Notes: a model not told the origin generated them from the sequence alone. Numbered from the stretch's first letter, positions 9,889-24,400 are shown. The stretch is 64,000 bases of DNA from Dehalococcoidia bacterium (GCA_963662615.2 CAXXSR010000002.1:320001-384000); one strand, 5' to 3'. Numbers and translations are program-made.

Positions 9889-10440
9889 CTAATTGGTCCG
9901 TGCGAACGGCATGCCCAGGAGCTCCAGGAGCCGCCGGCCCTCTTCGTCCGTGGCCGCGGTGGTGACGATATTGACTTGGAGCCCGCGAATGCGGTCCACG
10001 CTGCCGTAATCGATCTCGGGGAAGACGATCTGCTCGCGCAGGCCCAGGCTGAAGTTGCCTCGGCCGTCGAAGGCGGTGCGCGAGACGCCGTGGAAGTCAC
10101 GGATGCGGGGGAGGGTGGCGTTGATGGTACGGTCGAGGAACTCCCACATGCGGATGCCGCGAATAGTGCAGGTCAAGCCGATGGCGTTGCCGGCGCGGAG
10201 CTTGAAGTTGGCGACGGATTTCGTGGCCCGGGTGACGACCGGGCGCTGGCCCGTGATGGCCGCGAAGTCGGTGGCGGCAGTGTCCAGGGCGCGGGCGTTG
10301 GTGAGCGCCTCGCCGATGCCGGCGTTCACGACCACCTTGGTGACCGTAGGCACCTCCATGGTGTTGCCGTAGCGGAATTCGGTGCGCAGCTGCGGCACCA
10401 CCTCATCGCGATAGCGTTGCTGCAGGCGGGGGGCGTCCAT
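9889..10440 (-). CDS. rplE: 50S ribosomal protein L5
   Basis: LPRIRDFHG, FDGRGNFSLG, IVFPEIDY. Confidence 0.98.
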   Translation of the reverse strand: MDAPRLQQRYRDEVVPQLRTEFRYGNTMEVPTVTKVVVNAGIGEALTNARALDTAATDFAAITGQRPVVTRATKSVANFKLRAGNAIGLTCTIRGIRMWEFLDRTINATLPRIRDFHGVSRTAFDGRGNFSLGLREQIVFPEIDYGSVDRIRGLQVNIVTTAATDEEGRRLLELLGMPFARTN

Positions 10441-10754
10441 CAGTCCAGGTCCTCTTCGCAGCGCCGGCAATAGCGCACCTTCTGGCCGTTGGGGCGGAAG
10501 CGAAAGCCCATCCGGATGGCGCGGTCGCAGTCCGGGCAGACCACGGCCACGTTGCTCCAGTGCAGGGGCGCTTCGATCTCAATGATGCCCGCCTGGGTGC
10601 CCATGGCGCGGGCCTTCATGTGTTTTTTGACCAGGTTCACCCCCTGCACCCGCACCCGCTCTTGGCGCGGCAAGACCTCGCGGACCTGGCCCCGTTTGCC
10701 ACGATCCTTGCCGCTGAGCACTTCCACGAGGTCATCCTGGCGAATCCGACGCAC
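10440..10754 (-). CDS. rplX: 50S ribosomal protein L24
   Basis: VEVLSGKDRGKRG, EAPLHWSNV, CPDC...CRRC. Confidence 0.97.
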   Translation of the reverse strand: MRRIRQDDLVEVLSGKDRGKRGQVREVLPRQERVRVQGVNLVKKHMKARAMGTQAGIIEIEAPLHWSNVAVVCPDCDRAIRMGFRFRPNGQKVRYCRRCEEDLD

Positions 10755-10756
10755 GG

Positions 10757-11125
10757 CTACACCACCTCCGGCGCCAGCGACACGATCTTCATGTAGTTCT
10801 TCTCGCGCAGCTCGCGGGCGACGGGGCCGAAGATGCGCGTGCCGCGCGGGTTATAGGAGTCCGAGAGCAGGACGGCGGCGTTGTCGTCGAAGCGAATGTA
10901 GGAGCCGTCGTCTCGGCGGAACTGCTTGGCCGTCCGCACGATCACGGCACGCACCACATCGCCCTTTTTGACCTCACGGCCGGGATCCGCTTGCTTGACC
11001 GTGGCCACGATGACGTCCCCCACGCCGGCATAGCGGCGGCCCGTGCCGCCGAGCACGCGGATGCACTTGATCACACGGGCGCCGGAGTTGTCCGCCACGC
11101 GCATGGCGCTCTCTTGCTGGATCAT
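10757..11125 (-). CDS. rplN: 50S ribosomal protein L14
   Basis: [27 protein letters not shown]. Confidence 0.98.
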   Translation of the reverse strand: MIQQESAMRVADNSGARVIKCIRVLGGTGRRYAGVGDVIVATVKQADPGREVKKGDVVRAVIVRTAKQFRRDDGSYIRFDDNAAVLLSDSYNPRGTRIFGPVARELREKNYMKIVSLAPEVV

Positions 11126-11523
11126 GGCTGGTCCTCCGCGGCGGCGGGGGGCTCCTCCGCGGGGCCAGCGGACGCAGGCGTGGGGACGGGCGCGGCCGCC
11201 GCGGGTTCGGACGGCTGGTCGGCGGGTGGCTCCTCCTCCAGGCTGGGTGCGGCGATCTCGCGTGGTTGCACGTCCGCCACTTCATGGCGTTCCAGGATTC
11301 GCACCACGCGCCAGTGCTTGCGCTTGGAGAGGGGGCGGCACTCCTCAATCAGGACCGTATCCCCTCTGAGGCAGTCGTTACGCTCGTCGTGCGCCTGGTA
11401 GCGCTTGCGGCGACGCAGCACTTTCCGGTAGAGCGGATGCGAAACGGTCCGCTCCACCAGGATCACCACGGTCTTATCCATCTTGTCGCTGACGACCACC
11501 CCGGTGCGACGTTTGCGGACCAC
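11122..11523 (-). CDS. rpsQ: 30S ribosomal protein S17 with acidic C-tail
   Basis: [24 protein letters not shown]. Confidence 0.97.
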   Translation of the reverse strand: MVRKRRTGVVVSDKMDKTVVILVERTVSHPLYRKVLRRRKRYQAHDERNDCLRGDTVLIEECRPLSKRKHWRVVRILERHEVADVQPREIAAPSLEEEPPADQPSEPAAAAPVPTPASAGPAEEPPAAAEDQP

Positions 11524-11526
11524 CGT

Positions 11527-12078
11527 TTACTCCCTCCGTTCCTGCTCAGCCGCAGCCTCGTTGCTGGGCTCGTCGTCAGGGCCGGACTCGTCGGCAGGGG
11601 CCGGCTTATCTTTGGGCTCGTCCACGTCTTCGCCTGCCACGGCGGCCGGCGCCGCCTCCGGGGCCATGTCGTCGTCTGCTTCGTCCGCGGCCTCCGGCGC
11701 AACGGGCTCCGCGGCGGCCTCGTCGGTGGCGGCCTCGTCGGTGGCGGCCTCGTCGGTGGCGGCCTCGTCGGTGGCGGCCTGCTCTCGGGCCGCCCGCTCC
11801 TCCTGGGCCCTCCGTTTCTGCGGCGAGAGCACCGCTGCGGGCGGCTCGGCCAGCGGGGCAATGGGCGCGCCCGCCACGGCAGCGATCTGCCGTTCCCGCT
11901 GTATGGTCCGCAGCCGAGCGGTCTGGCGGCGGGCGCGGCGGATCGTCGTGGGATCCTGGAGTTGGCGCGTGCCCTTCTGAAACTGCAGGTTGAAGAGTTC
12001 GCGGTAGGCCTCGTTGACGGCCTGCGCCAGTTCGTGGTCGCTAAGCGCCCGGGCTTCGTCGGCGGCGGGGTGCGACAC
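11527..12078 (-). CDS. rpmC: 50S ribosomal protein L29 with ~115-aa acidic C-terminal extension
   Basis: RELFNLQFQKGTRQLQDPTTIRRARRQTARLRTIQRER; lies between rplP and rpsQ; GTG 12078. Confidence 0.93.
   Translation of the reverse strand: MSHPAADEARALSDHELAQAVNEAYRELFNLQFQKGTRQLQDPTTIRRARRQTARLRTIQRERQIAAVAGAPIAPLAEPPAAVLSPQKRRAQEERAAREQAATDEAATDEAATDEAATDEAAAEPVAPEAADEADDDMAPEAAPAAVAGEDVDEPKDKPAPADESGPDDEPSNEAAAEQERRE
11713..11780. repeat. 15-bp tandem repeat, about 4.5 copies, encoding (DEAAT)n in the L29 tail
   Basis: ggcggcctcgtcggt exact at 11713, 11728, 11743 and 11758, then a partial copy. Confidence 0.95.
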
Positions 12079-12080
12079 GG

Positions 12081-12500
12081 TCAGCCTACCTCGCTCTCGC
12101 GCTGCACGAAGCGGGTGTGCAACGGCAGCTTGTGGGAGGCAAGGCGCAAGGCGGCGCGGGCGTCGACCTCCGTCACCCCAGCGATCTCGAAGATGACGCG
12201 GCCGGGCTTGACCACGGCGACCCACTTCTCGGGCGCGCCCTTGCCCTTGCCCATCCGCGTCTCGGCCGGCTTTTGGGTCACGGATTTGTCCGGGAAGACG
12301 CGAATCCAGACCTTTCCGCCACGGCGCACGTAGTGGGTGATGGCGCGCCGGGCCGCTTCGATCTGACGCCCGTCGACCCAGGCGGCGTCCAGCGCCTGCA
12401 GCCCGAAGTCACCGAAGGCGACGGAGTTGCCGGACATGGCGAGGCCGCGGCGGTGGCCGCGGTGGTGCTTCCTCCATTTGACCCGGCGCGGTTGCAGCAT
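12081..12500 (-). CDS. rplP: 50S ribosomal protein L16
   Basis: [18 protein letters not shown]. Confidence 0.98.
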   Translation of the reverse strand: MLQPRRVKWRKHHRGHRRGLAMSGNSVAFGDFGLQALDAAWVDGRQIEAARRAITHYVRRGGKVWIRVFPDKSVTQKPAETRMGKGKGAPEKWVAVVKPGRVIFEIAGVTEVDARAALRLASHKLPLHTRFVQRESEVG

Positions 12501-13238
12501 CTATGCCGACTCGCCTCCGGCCTCCACAGGCTGGGCCAAGGGGGAGGAGGCCGGGGGCGGGACCGCGCGGGCAGGCCCGGTCACCTCCTCCTCCGTCGCT
12601 TTGGCCTGCGCCTGCGGCAGGATTTCGCCTTTGTAGATCCAGACTTTCACGCCGATCTGCCCAAAGAGCGTGCGCGCCTCCACGAAGCCGTAGTCAATGT
12701 CGGCGCGCAGGGTGTGCAGGGGCACGCGCCCGTCCATCTCCCCGGCCCGACGCGACATCTCGGTGCCTCCCAAGCGCCCGCTGATGATGATCTTGGCGCC
12801 CTCCGCCCCTCGCTGACGTGTGCGCTGCACGGCCTGCTTGATGGCGCGCCGGAAAGCCACGCGGCGCTGGAGTTGCTCCGCCACGTTGCGGGCCACGAGA
12901 TACGCGTCCAATTCGGGCACGCGAATCTCCTGAATGTTGACGCGAATGCGCCGCCCGGTCAGCTGCTCGAGCTGGGCGCGCATCTCATCAACCTTCTGCC
13001 CGCCCCGACCGATCACGATGCCGGGCTTGGCCGTATGGATGGTCACTGAGGCCTGATTGGCGTTGCGTTCAATTTCGACGCGGGAGACGCCGGCCTCCTG
13101 CAAGCTCTGCTCAATGGTCCGGCGGATCTTGAGGTCCTCCTGAAGGAGGTCACGGTAGCCTTTGTCGGCGTACCATTGGCTGCCCCAGGTGTAGATGATG
13201 CCAATGCGAAAGCTGGTGGGGTGGACTTTATGCCCCAT
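12501..13238 (-). CDS. rpsC: 30S ribosomal protein S3
   Basis: [29 protein letters not shown]. Confidence 0.98.
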   Translation of the reverse strand: MGHKVHPTSFRIGIIYTWGSQWYADKGYRDLLQEDLKIRRTIEQSLQEAGVSRVEIERNANQASVTIHTAKPGIVIGRGGQKVDEMRAQLEQLTGRRIRVNIQEIRVPELDAYLVARNVAEQLQRRVAFRRAIKQAVQRTRQRGAEGAKIIISGRLGGTEMSRRAGEMDGRVPLHTLRADIDYGFVEARTLFGQIGVKVWIYKGEILPQAQAKATEEEVTGPARAVPPPASSPLAQPVEAGGESA

Positions 13239-13241
13239 TCG

Positions 13242-13580
13242 CTACTCCTTCTGATCCGAGACCACCACCGTGAGGTGGCAGGTGCGTCTGGCGATGGGAT
13301 GGGCGCGGCCACGCGCGACCGGGCGGAAGCGGCGCAAGATGCGGGCGTCGCCGGCGTAGATGGATTCAATGTGCAACATCTGGCGGGCCAGGTTGAAATT
13401 ATTCTCCGCGTTCGCCGCGGCCGACTCCACGACTTTGGCTACGGCTTTGGCCCCCGGCCTGGGGGTGAAGCGCAGGATGGTGAGGGCGTCGTCCACGGAC
13501 TTGCCGCGCAGTCCTTGGAGGATCATCCGCGCTTTGCGGGGGGAGAGATGGAGATAGCGGCTGGTCGCTTGCACACGCAT
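13242..13580 (-). CDS. rplV: 50S ribosomal protein L22
   Basis: SPRKAR, SAAANAENN, PVARGRA. Confidence 0.97.
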   Translation of the reverse strand: MRVQATSRYLHLSPRKARMILQGLRGKSVDDALTILRFTPRPGAKAVAKVVESAAANAENNFNLARQMLHIESIYAGDARILRRFRPVARGRAHPIARRTCHLTVVVSDQKE

Positions 13581-13582
13581 AG

Positions 13583-13867
13583 CTATTGGACTCGGGTGCT
13601 CCTGTCGGATCGGCCTACGTGCCCGCGGAAGGTGCGGGTGGCGGAGAACTCACCAAGCTTGTGGCCCACCATATTTTCGGTGATAAAGACCGGCACGTGG
13701 CGGCGGCCGTCGTGGACCCCGATGGTAAGGCCGACCATCTCCGGCACGATCGTGCAGGCGCGAGACCAGGTCCGGATGACGGTGCGCTGGCCGGATGCGC
13801 GCACCAGCTGCACCTTTTTGAGCAGCTTGTGGTCCACGTACGGGCCTTTCTTTGTGGATCGCGACAT
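13583..13867 (-). CDS. rpsS: 30S ribosomal protein S19
   Basis: [23 protein letters not shown]. Confidence 0.98.
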   Translation of the reverse strand: MSRSTKKGPYVDHKLLKKVQLVRASGQRTVIRTWSRACTIVPEMVGLTIGVHDGRRHVPVFITENMVGHKLGEFSATRTFRGHVGRSDRSTRVQ

Positions 13868-13884
13868 TGTTCCCTGCTCCCGCC

Positions 13885-14724
13885 CTAGGCGCGCTTGCGG
13901 CCGCGGCGCCGGACGACGTATTTATCCGAGGGCTTTTTGCCACGCGTGCGGTAGCCGAGCGCCGGTTTGCCCCACGGTGTCTTGGGGCCGGGAAGGCCAA
14001 CGGGCGCCTTGCCCTCCCCACCGCCGTGCGGATGGTCCACCGGGTTCATGGCGGCCCCGCGCACGGTAGGGCGTCGGCCGCGATGCCGCGAGCGACCCGC
14101 CTTGCCGAGCTTGATCGTGCCATGCTCCAGGTTGCCAACTTGGCCAATAGTAGCGAAACAGAGTTCCCGCACCTGGCGCATTTCGCCGGATGGCAGGCGG
14201 AGAAGGCAATAGCCGCGCTCTTTGGCCATGATCTGGGCGGCGGCGCCGGCGCTGCGCACCATTTGCGCGCCGCGTCCCTCAATGAGCTCCACGCAGTGGA
14301 CCATGGTGCCGTTGGGGATCTTCTGGAGCGGTAAGGCGTTGCCCACGTGCAGCGGCGCCTCCGGGCCGGCGGCAATGCGGTCCCCAACGCTCAGGCTCTG
14401 CGGCGCCAGGATGTAGCGCTTCTCGCCGTCCGCGTAGGCCACCAGCGCGATCCGCGCCGTGCGGTTGGGGTCGTACTCGATCGCCGTCACTTTTCCTTCC
14501 TGGCCAACGCGGTCGCGGCGCTTCCAATCGATTATGCGGTAGCGGCGCTTGTGACCCCCGCCTCGATGGCGCACGGTCACCCGTCCCTGGTTGTTGCGAC
14601 CGCCCTTTTTCCGCAACGGCGCCAGCAGGCTCTTTTCGGGCTTCTTCTTGGTGATCTCCTCGAAAGTGGAGCCGGAGGCACCGCGGCGGCCGGGCGAGGT
14701 GGGCTTGAACTGCTTGACGGGCAC
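13885..14724 (-). CDS. rplB: 50S ribosomal protein L2
   Basis: [26 protein letters not shown]. Confidence 0.98.
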   Translation of the reverse strand: MPVKQFKPTSPGRRGASGSTFEEITKKKPEKSLLAPLRKKGGRNNQGRVTVRHRGGGHKRRYRIIDWKRRDRVGQEGKVTAIEYDPNRTARIALVAYADGEKRYILAPQSLSVGDRIAAGPEAPLHVGNALPLQKIPNGTMVHCVELIEGRGAQMVRSAGAAAQIMAKERGYCLLRLPSGEMRQVRELCFATIGQVGNLEHGTIKLGKAGRSRHRGRRPTVRGAAMNPVDHPHGGGEGKAPVGLPGPKTPWGKPALGYRTRGKKPSDKYVVRRRGRKRA

Positions 14725-14725
14725 G

Positions 14726-15022
14726 CTAGACCCCCTCGAAGAGCTTGATCTCGTAGCCTTCGGCCAGGGTGACCACGGCTTTCTTCCAGTTCCGCTCACG
14801 GCCCACGTTGCGCCCGAAGCGACGCATCTTGCCGTGCACCGTCATGACATTCACCTTACGCACCACCACGTTGAACGCGATCTCCACCGCTTCTCTGATC
14901 TGCAGCTTGTTGGCGCGCGGATTCACCTCGAAGACGTACTTGTGGATTTCGGAGAGTTCCGTGCTCTTCTCGGTGAGGATGGGCTGGCGCAGCACCGCGT
15001 AGGGGTGGATCTCTTTCGGCAT
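14726..15022 (-). CDS. rplW: 50S ribosomal protein L23
   Basis: [15 protein letters not shown]. Confidence 0.97.
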   Translation of the reverse strand: MPKEIHPYAVLRQPILTEKSTELSEIHKYVFEVNPRANKLQIREAVEIAFNVVVRKVNVMTVHGKMRRFGRNVGRERNWKKAVVTLAEGYEIKLFEGV

Positions 15023-15024
15023 GG

Positions 15025-15693
15025 CTAGGCGCCTTCGGGCGCGGGCACGGGCGCACGCCGGTGGAGGGCACGCGCGCCACCCCAGAGCGCCTCGGCTCGG
15101 CGCAGGGCTGGTTCGGTCATGATCAGGTGATCGTGGTCCAAGAGCGCGCGGACGTTGAGCGTGTCCGTTGGGCAGGCGTGCATGTGCGGCAAGTTGCGGA
15201 TCCCGCGGCGGAGGTGCGCGTCCGGTTCCGCCGTCACCAGGAGGCCGCTGCGGCTCACGCCGAGCGCGACGAGGAGATCCCGGACCGCTTTGGTGCGAGG
15301 CTCAAGATCGGCGGTAGCGAGGACGATCAGTCCGCCCTCCGCCGCCCGCTGCGAGAGCATGGAACGGATCGCCAGCCGGCGCATGCGCTTGGGCAGGGCC
15401 TGGCGGTAGGAGCGTGGATGCGGCCCATGGGCGACGGCGCCGCCGCGCCGCACCGGGGAGGAGGCGCCGCCGAGGCGGGCCCGGCCGGTGCCTTTCTGGC
15501 GACGGGTCTTGGCGCCGCCCGCCGAATGCGCGGAGCGGGTGAGAGTGGAGGCGGTGCCGCGCCGACGGTTGGCGAGCTGCGCCAGGAGGGCCTGGTGCAC
15601 CACGGCGAGATTCGGCTCGATGCCGAAGACGGCGTCGTCCACTTCGATCCGGCGCACCTCTGCGCCCTCAGCATCGACGACAGGCAAGTTCAC
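15025..15693 (-). CDS. rplD: 50S ribosomal protein L4
   Basis: RQKGTGRARLG, GGAVAHGPHPRSY. Confidence 0.97.
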   Translation of the reverse strand: MNLPVVDAEGAEVRRIEVDDAVFGIEPNLAVVHQALLAQLANRRRGTASTLTRSAHSAGGAKTRRQKGTGRARLGGASSPVRRGGAVAHGPHPRSYRQALPKRMRRLAIRSMLSQRAAEGGLIVLATADLEPRTKAVRDLLVALGVSRSGLLVTAEPDAHLRRGIRNLPHMHACPTDTLNVRALLDHDHLIMTEPALRRAEALWGGARALHRRAPVPAPEGA

Positions 15694-15709
15694 GCCAGTC
15701 CTCTCCCGC

Positions 15710-16351
15710 TTACCCACGCCTCTTGGTTTGGCGAATCTTGACGATGCCGTTGGTGGCCCCTGGAACGGAGCCATTGACGAAGAGCAGCCCGCGCTCCGGC
15801 TGGATCTTCATGATCTCCAAATTGAGTGAGGAGGCGGTCTTGCCCCCCATGCGGCCGGCCATGCGCGTTCCCTTGAGGACGCGCCCGGGGGTCGTCCCGG
15901 CGCCCACCGAACCGGGGGCGCGGTGGCGGTCGCTCTGGCCGTGGGTGCGAGGGCCGCCGTGAAAGTGGTGGCGCTTGACGGTGCCCGCGAAGCCCTTACC
16001 TTTGCCCACGCCCCGCACGTCCACGCGGTCGCCGACCTGGAACGTTTCGGAGGCGGTGATCGTTTGTCCCACCGCCAGGGATTCGTAGTCGCCTTCGTCA
16101 GCGTCGAACTCCAGGAGGTGCCGGAGGGGACCGTTGTTGCCGGTATGCCCTCGTTCCGGCTGCGTCACCTTCCGCTCCGGGACGCGCTCAAAGCCCAACT
16201 GCACGGCCTGATAGCCGTCCCGTTCGGCCGTCTTGATCTGGGTGACGGCGCAGGGGCCCGCTTCCAGGACCGTGCAGCCGGCCACGCGGCCGTCCTCTTG
16301 GATAAGTTGGACCATGCCGAGCTTCTTGCCAATGAGACCTTGGACTGCCAC
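15710..16351 (-). CDS. rplC: 50S ribosomal protein L3
   Basis: [22 protein letters not shown]. Confidence 0.98.
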   Translation of the reverse strand: MAVQGLIGKKLGMVQLIQEDGRVAGCTVLEAGPCAVTQIKTAERDGYQAVQLGFERVPERKVTQPERGHTGNNGPLRHLLEFDADEGDYESLAVGQTITASETFQVGDRVDVRGVGKGKGFAGTVKRHHFHGGPRTHGQSDRHRAPGSVGAGTTPGRVLKGTRMAGRMGGKTASSLNLEIMKIQPERGLLFVNGSVPGATNGIVKIRQTKRRG

Positions 16352-16385
16352 CGCTCCTCCGCGCTTCCGGGCGCGTGCCCCGTCC

Positions 16386-16694
<309 letters not shown>

Positions 16695-16702
16695 GGCCGG
16701 GC

Positions 16703-17902
<1,200 letters not shown>

Positions 17903-17944
17903 GGCTCCTCCGCCTCTTGCAACGGGTTGCCCGTCGCTCAGCGA

Positions 17945-20008
<2,064 letters not shown>

Positions 20009-20077
20009 CCGCTACCCGATCTCTCTTCTCGTGCCGTCCGGCCGGCCGCCGTCAGCGAGCGTCGCTCGCGGGGGGGG

Positions 20078-20548
20078 CTACCAGCGATAGTGAACGAAGG
20101 CGCGGTTCGCCTCCGCCATGCGATGGGTGTCTTCGCGTCGCTTGACGGCGGCGCCGGTGTTCTGGAACGCGTCCGCCAGCTCCGCGGCCAGCCGTTCCGC
20201 CATGGATCGGCCGCTGCGAGAACGGGCGGCGCGCAGCATCCAACGGACGGCAAGGGCGTTGCGGCGAGCGGGCTGGACTTCCACGGGCACCTGATACGTA
20301 GCCCCGCCCACACGCCGTGGCCGCACCTCCATCTGGGGCATGACGTTGCGGAGGGCCTGCTGGAAGACGTCCACGGGGTCCTGCCTCGTCCGCTCAGCTA
20401 CCTGGTCCAGCGCGCCATACATGGTGCGCTCTGCCACGCCCCTCTTGCCGCCCATCATGATCTTGTTGATGAACTGCTGGACGGCAATGCTGTTGTAGCG
20501 CGGATCCGGCTTGGTGACGCGCCGTTCCGGTCGGTTGCGCCGTGGCAT
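20078..20548 (-). CDS. rpsG: 30S ribosomal protein S7
   Basis: MPRR..., [22 protein letters not shown]. Confidence 0.98.
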   Translation of the reverse strand: MPRRNRPERRVTKPDPRYNSIAVQQFINKIMMGGKRGVAERTMYGALDQVAERTRQDPVDVFQQALRNVMPQMEVRPRRVGGATYQVPVEVQPARRNALAVRWMLRAARSRSGRSMAERLAAELADAFQNTGAAVKRREDTHRMAEANRAFVHYRW

Positions 20549-20670
20549 CGGCTGGTTCTCCTGATCCGCCTGCTCGCCGCCAAACCGGCACGGCGCCGCG
20601 GGCGCCGCTGCGGTCGGGTTCACGGTTCGCGGAAGCTCGTCTCCGGAGCGCGCCCGGCGGCGCGCTCGCG

Positions 20671-21108
20671 CTACGCTGTCGTGGCGGCCTGCGTCGCGCC
20701 GGATTTGCGCGTGCCGTACTTCGAGCGGCTCCGCTTCCGATCCCCTACCCCTTGTGCGTCCAGCGCGCCACGGATGACGTGATAGCGCACTCCCGGGAGG
20801 TCCTTCACGCGACCACCGCGAATCAGGACCACCGAATGCTCCTGCAGGGTGTGGCCTTCGCCGGGGATATAGGCGGTGACCTCAATCCCGTTCGTCAGCC
20901 GGACCCGGCAGACCTTGCGCAAGGCGGAGTTGGGCTTCTTGGGTGTGATTGTCCGGACCGACGTACAGACGCCGCGCTTCTGCGGCGAGCCCGGGCCCTG
21001 GCGCGTGCGGTTGGTCAGCGAGTTGTGAATAAATCGCAGCGCCGGCGCCTTGGTCTTCTTCGTCACCGGCCGGCGGCGTTTACGGACGAGTTGGTTGATC
21101 GTTGGCAC
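20671..21108 (-). CDS. rpsL: 30S ribosomal protein S12
   Basis: [30 protein letters not shown]. Confidence 0.99.
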   Translation of the reverse strand: MPTINQLVRKRRRPVTKKTKAPALRFIHNSLTNRTRQGPGSPQKRGVCTSVRTITPKKPNSALRKVCRVRLTNGIEVTAYIPGEGHTLQEHSVVLIRGGRVKDLPGVRYHVIRGALDAQGVGDRKRSRSKYGTRKSGATQAATTA

Positions 21109-21265
21109 GGTGCTCCCTCGCCCTACATTCCGGCGGTCGCGCGCCACAGCAAAGAAGGTCAAAGCCGCCCGCGGAACCGCTCCGATACGCCACGTATCGG
21201 CGGTGGTCCACGAGTGTCGGCTTCGACCTACACGAGGGCACGCAAACGCGCGCGGACAGGGATTC

Positions 21266-21295
21266 AGGTTAGGGACGCGGCGAAGCCAGTGTCAA
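21266..21295 (-). promoter_or_regulatory. sigma70-type promoter of the ribosomal superoperon
   Basis: TTGACA-N18-TAACCT on the minus strand, about 160 bp upstream of rpsL. Confidence 0.75.
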
Positions 21296-21354
21296 GCGAC
21301 GACGAGAAGGCGCCCGAAGGCCGTGCCGGCCCCCCCGGACGATCGATCGCCGGG

Positions 21355-22287
21355 CTAGACACCCGCGTAAGAGTGGAGCCCGCTGACCCAGAGGTTCACG
21401 CCCAAGTACGTAAAGAGGACGGCGAGAAATCCGAGGACGACGACCCACGAGCCGCGTGCGCCTCTGAGCTGGCGGACCCCGCGCGTGTGGAGGTAGACGG
21501 CGAAGATGAGCCAAGTCACCAGCGCCGCCGTCTCCTTTGGATCCCACCCCCAATAGCGTCCCCAGGCATCATTGGCCCAGAGCGCACCCAGGGCGACACC
21601 CCCCGCCAAGATGGGGAAGCCCACGAGCACGGCGCGGTACGTCAACTCGTCGCAGCGCTGGGCGGGCGGAAGCCATGTGTGGCGGCGGCCCGCGTTGCCC
21701 TGGACGAGGTGCATGACGGCGGCGCCGAACGCCACGGCGAGCGCCCCATAGGCCAGGATCATGGTGGCCACGTGGATGGAGAGCAGCGTGGGGTTTTGGA
21801 GAGCGGGCACCAGCACCTGTTGCCCGTCGCTGGGGAAGGCGAGGGCGCTGGCGTAGAGGCCGAACGAGACCGGCATCACGAACGCGCCCAGCACCTTGGC
21901 GCGGGTCCGCAGCTCGAAGAGGACGTAGACGAGGGCGATGGAGAATCCGAAGGCCATGGAGAACTCAAAGAGGTTGCTGAAGGGGGCATGATCCAGCGCC
22001 ACGGTGCGAAAGATCAGCCCGAGCCCGCCGAAGGCGACCGAACTCCAGGCGGCGAGACTCGCGGCGCCGCCCAACGTTGGCGAGCGCCGGGCGGGCCGGG
22101 GCTGCCCCGTCCCGGCGGCGATGGTGAGCGTGTCAGCGGAGGCGCTGGCCCCAGTTGCGGCCATCCGGATCGGCCGTAGAGCCAAGAAGGCAAAGCGTGG
22201 CTGGAGCAGGTAGGCGCCATAGCCGACACTGGCGACCCCGGCCGCCACGAACCCCGACCAGAGGAAGTAGAGGGCCAGCTCTTCCAT
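21355..22287 (-). CDS. ccsA: Cytochrome c biogenesis protein CcsA/ResC (system II)
   Basis: WWD motif WGRYWGWDPKET, conserved His (IHV, GLHSY), multiple TM helices. Confidence 0.93.
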   Translation of the reverse strand: MEELALYFLWSGFVAAGVASVGYGAYLLQPRFAFLALRPIRMAATGASASADTLTIAAGTGQPRPARRSPTLGGAASLAAWSSVAFGGLGLIFRTVALDHAPFSNLFEFSMAFGFSIALVYVLFELRTRAKVLGAFVMPVSFGLYASALAFPSDGQQVLVPALQNPTLLSIHVATMILAYGALAVAFGAAVMHLVQGNAGRRHTWLPPAQRCDELTYRAVLVGFPILAGGVALGALWANDAWGRYWGWDPKETAALVTWLIFAVYLHTRGVRQLRGARGSWVVVLGFLAVLFTYLGVNLWVSGLHSYAGV

Positions 22288-23091
22288 CTACGTCGCTGTC
22301 TCCCGGGCGGCCAGGAGGGCGGTCCGCCGTGGCGCCGACTGCTGCCCGAAGAAGAGCCGCCGGAACCCTTCCGCCCACGGGACTCGTCCCTTTGTGATAG
22401 CGTCCGCCGCCCTGCGCTGGAGCCGCTGCGCCAATTCGTCGCGGGTGGTGGCCTTCACCTGACTCACGTGACAGCGCAGGGCGTCGATGCGGCGGTCCAG
22501 TTGGCGGCTCACGTCCACAAAATAGTCAGGCTCGCGGCTGCCCGCCAGCCAGACCGTGTTGACGCGATGGGGCTCCAGGCCCCGCGCAGCCTGCTCTGGA
22601 AAATAGTGGGGACTGCGGGCCAGCGGGTAGGCCGCATCCAGCGCGGCGATGCCGACCGCGCGGTGGTCGCGATGGTTGAAGCCGCGGTAGCCGTCCCACG
22701 TGATCAGGAGCGACGGGCGCTCCTGTCGGATCACGCCAACGAGGGTTTCGCGCAGCTCCGCGCTCTCCTCCACGAAGCCGTCGGGCCAGCGCAAGAAGAG
22801 GCAACGCGCCACGCCCAGCAGCGCCGCCGCCGCTCCCTGCTCGGCCTCCCGGAGCGCGGCCAGATTCGCCGGGGCGACGCGCACATCCTTGCCCCCTTTG
22901 TCGCCGCTGGTCACCAGGCAGAAGCTGACCTCCCAGCCGTCGTCGGTTAGTTTGGCCACAGAGCCGCCGCAGCTGAACTCAATATCGTCAGGGTGCGCCA
23001 TGATGACGAGCGCTCGCATGGGCTCGGGGGAGGGAGAGGGTGCTGCCGTCTGATCCGGGGCGTCCCGGCTGGATATCCTATCCCCAGTCAC
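22288..23091 (-). CDS. PIG-L family deacetylase (MshB/BshB-like)
   Basis: AHPDDIE, TSGDKG, REAEQ, HRDH; alternative start ATG 23019. Confidence 0.88.
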   Translation of the reverse strand: MTGDRISSRDAPDQTAAPSPSPEPMRALVIMAHPDDIEFSCGGSVAKLTDDGWEVSFCLVTSGDKGGKDVRVAPANLAALREAEQGAAAALLGVARCLFLRWPDGFVEESAELRETLVGVIRQERPSLLITWDGYRGFNHRDHRAVGIAALDAAYPLARSPHYFPEQAARGLEPHRVNTVWLAGSREPDYFVDVSRQLDRRIDALRCHVSQVKATTRDELAQRLQRRAADAITKGRVPWAEGFRRLFFGQQSAPRRTALLAARETAT

Positions 23092-23140
23092 ATCGCGTCC
23101 CCAGTCACAGTGCGTCCCCAGTCACAGCGCGTCCCCAATC
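23081..23140. repeat. 17-bp tandem repeat, about 3.5 copies
   Basis: tccccagtcaca(t/g)(c/t)gcg at 23081, 23098 and 23115, partial at 23132. Confidence 0.9.
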
Positions 23141-23149
23141 TAGCGAAGG

Positions 23150-24400
23150 CTAGCTGGCGTGACAGCCGGCGCCGACACCGGCCGCGTGACGTTGGAGCAG
23201 CTCCTCGTAGACGCCGGCGATCCGGCCGGCCACGGTCGCCCAGGCGTAGGGGAGAGCCGAGTCACGGGCGGCGCGGCCGAAGCGGGCACGGAGGTCGGCG
23301 CTCTCGAGGAGGGTCTCGATCCGCTCGGCGAACGGTTCCGGACAGCGCCAGGAGATGAGGTACCCGGTCTGCCCGTCGCGGACGGTGTGCTGGAGGCCGC
23401 CCACGCGGGTGGCGATCACGGGCGTGCCCGTCGCCAGCGCCTCTACAGCGACCAGGCCAAAGCTCTCATAAAACGAGGGCACGACACAGACATCGGCGGC
23501 CTGGTAGTAGCGGGGCAGCTGGCGGCGGTTGACCGCGTCGCGGAACTGCACACGCGGGGCAATGTCCAACTCCGCGCTCAACTTGCGCAGGGAGTCCCGC
23601 AAAGGGCCGTCCTGGCCGTCCCCGCCAACCACGAGGACGTAGAGCGGCTGCGCCAGGTCGGCCGCGGCCGCCGCCCGAATGAGGATATCCACGCCCTTGA
23701 GCGGCAGCAGTCGCCCCACGAACAGCGCCAGGGGTCCGTTGGGCAGGCCCAGCCCGCGCCGAGCGGCCGCGCGGTCGCCGGGGCGGAAGTGCTCCAGGTC
23801 CACACCGCCGGGGACCACGCTGACGCATTCCGGATGGGCGCCGTAGAGCTGCACAAGAAAGTCGCGCTCGTGCGGGGTGGCGCAGATGAGACGGTCGGCG
23901 CGGCGGACGATGGTCCGTTCCGCCTCAATGCGGACGGAGGGCTCGCGCTCGGCGCGGGGCGCGCGGTTTTTCACCTCTCCCAGGGTGTGAAACATGACCA
24001 CGTGGGGACAGCGCCACTCGTCCGCCAAGGCCAGGCCGGTCAGCGCCGAGAGCCAGTAGTGGGAGTGGATCAGGTCGTAGCGGCGGCCGTGGTCTCGCGC
24101 CCAGGCCCTGACGCGGTCCGTGAATTCGGGCAGGATCGGGCGCACCTGCAGGGGAGCGAGGCGCCGTGGCGGCCCAGCGGGGATGTGGACCACACGAACG
24201 TTTGGCGACAGCTCCACGGATTCCGGGAGATCGGGGTGGTCGCGGCGCGTAAAGATATCGACGGTGCGGCCCAACCGCCCCAACTGCCGCGTCAACTCAG
24301 CGATGTAGACGTTCATTCCCCCCGCCTTGGTCGTGCCGGGCTGGGCCAGCGGGGACGAGTGCGCGCTGATGAAGGCGAGGCTGTGGAGATGGTGTGACAT
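23150..24400 (-). CDS. GT4 glycosyltransferase, MshA-like
   Basis: HSSPLAQPG..AGGMNVY, HSHYWLS, ESFGLVAVEA: MshA signature motifs. Confidence 0.9.
   Translation of the reverse strand: MSHHLHSLAFISAHSSPLAQPGTTKAGGMNVYIAELTRQLGRLGRTVDIFTRRDHPDLPESVELSPNVRVVHIPAGPPRRLAPLQVRPILPEFTDRVRAWARDHGRRYDLIHSHYWLSALTGLALADEWRCPHVVMFHTLGEVKNRAPRAEREPSVRIEAERTIVRRADRLICATPHERDFLVQLYGAHPECVSVVPGGVDLEHFRPGDRAAARRGLGLPNGPLALFVGRLLPLKGVDILIRAAAAADLAQPLYVLVVGGDGQDGPLRDSLRKLSAELDIAPRVQFRDAVNRRQLPRYYQAADVCVVPSFYESFGLVAVEALATGTPVIATRVGGLQHTVRDGQTGYLISWRCPEPFAERIETLLESADLRARFGRAARDSALPYAWATVAGRIAGVYEELLQRHAAGVGAGCHAS

Noticed and set aside
20671-21108. Streptomycin-resistance alleles in rpsL
   Set aside because: PKKPNS and RVKDLPG are wild type.
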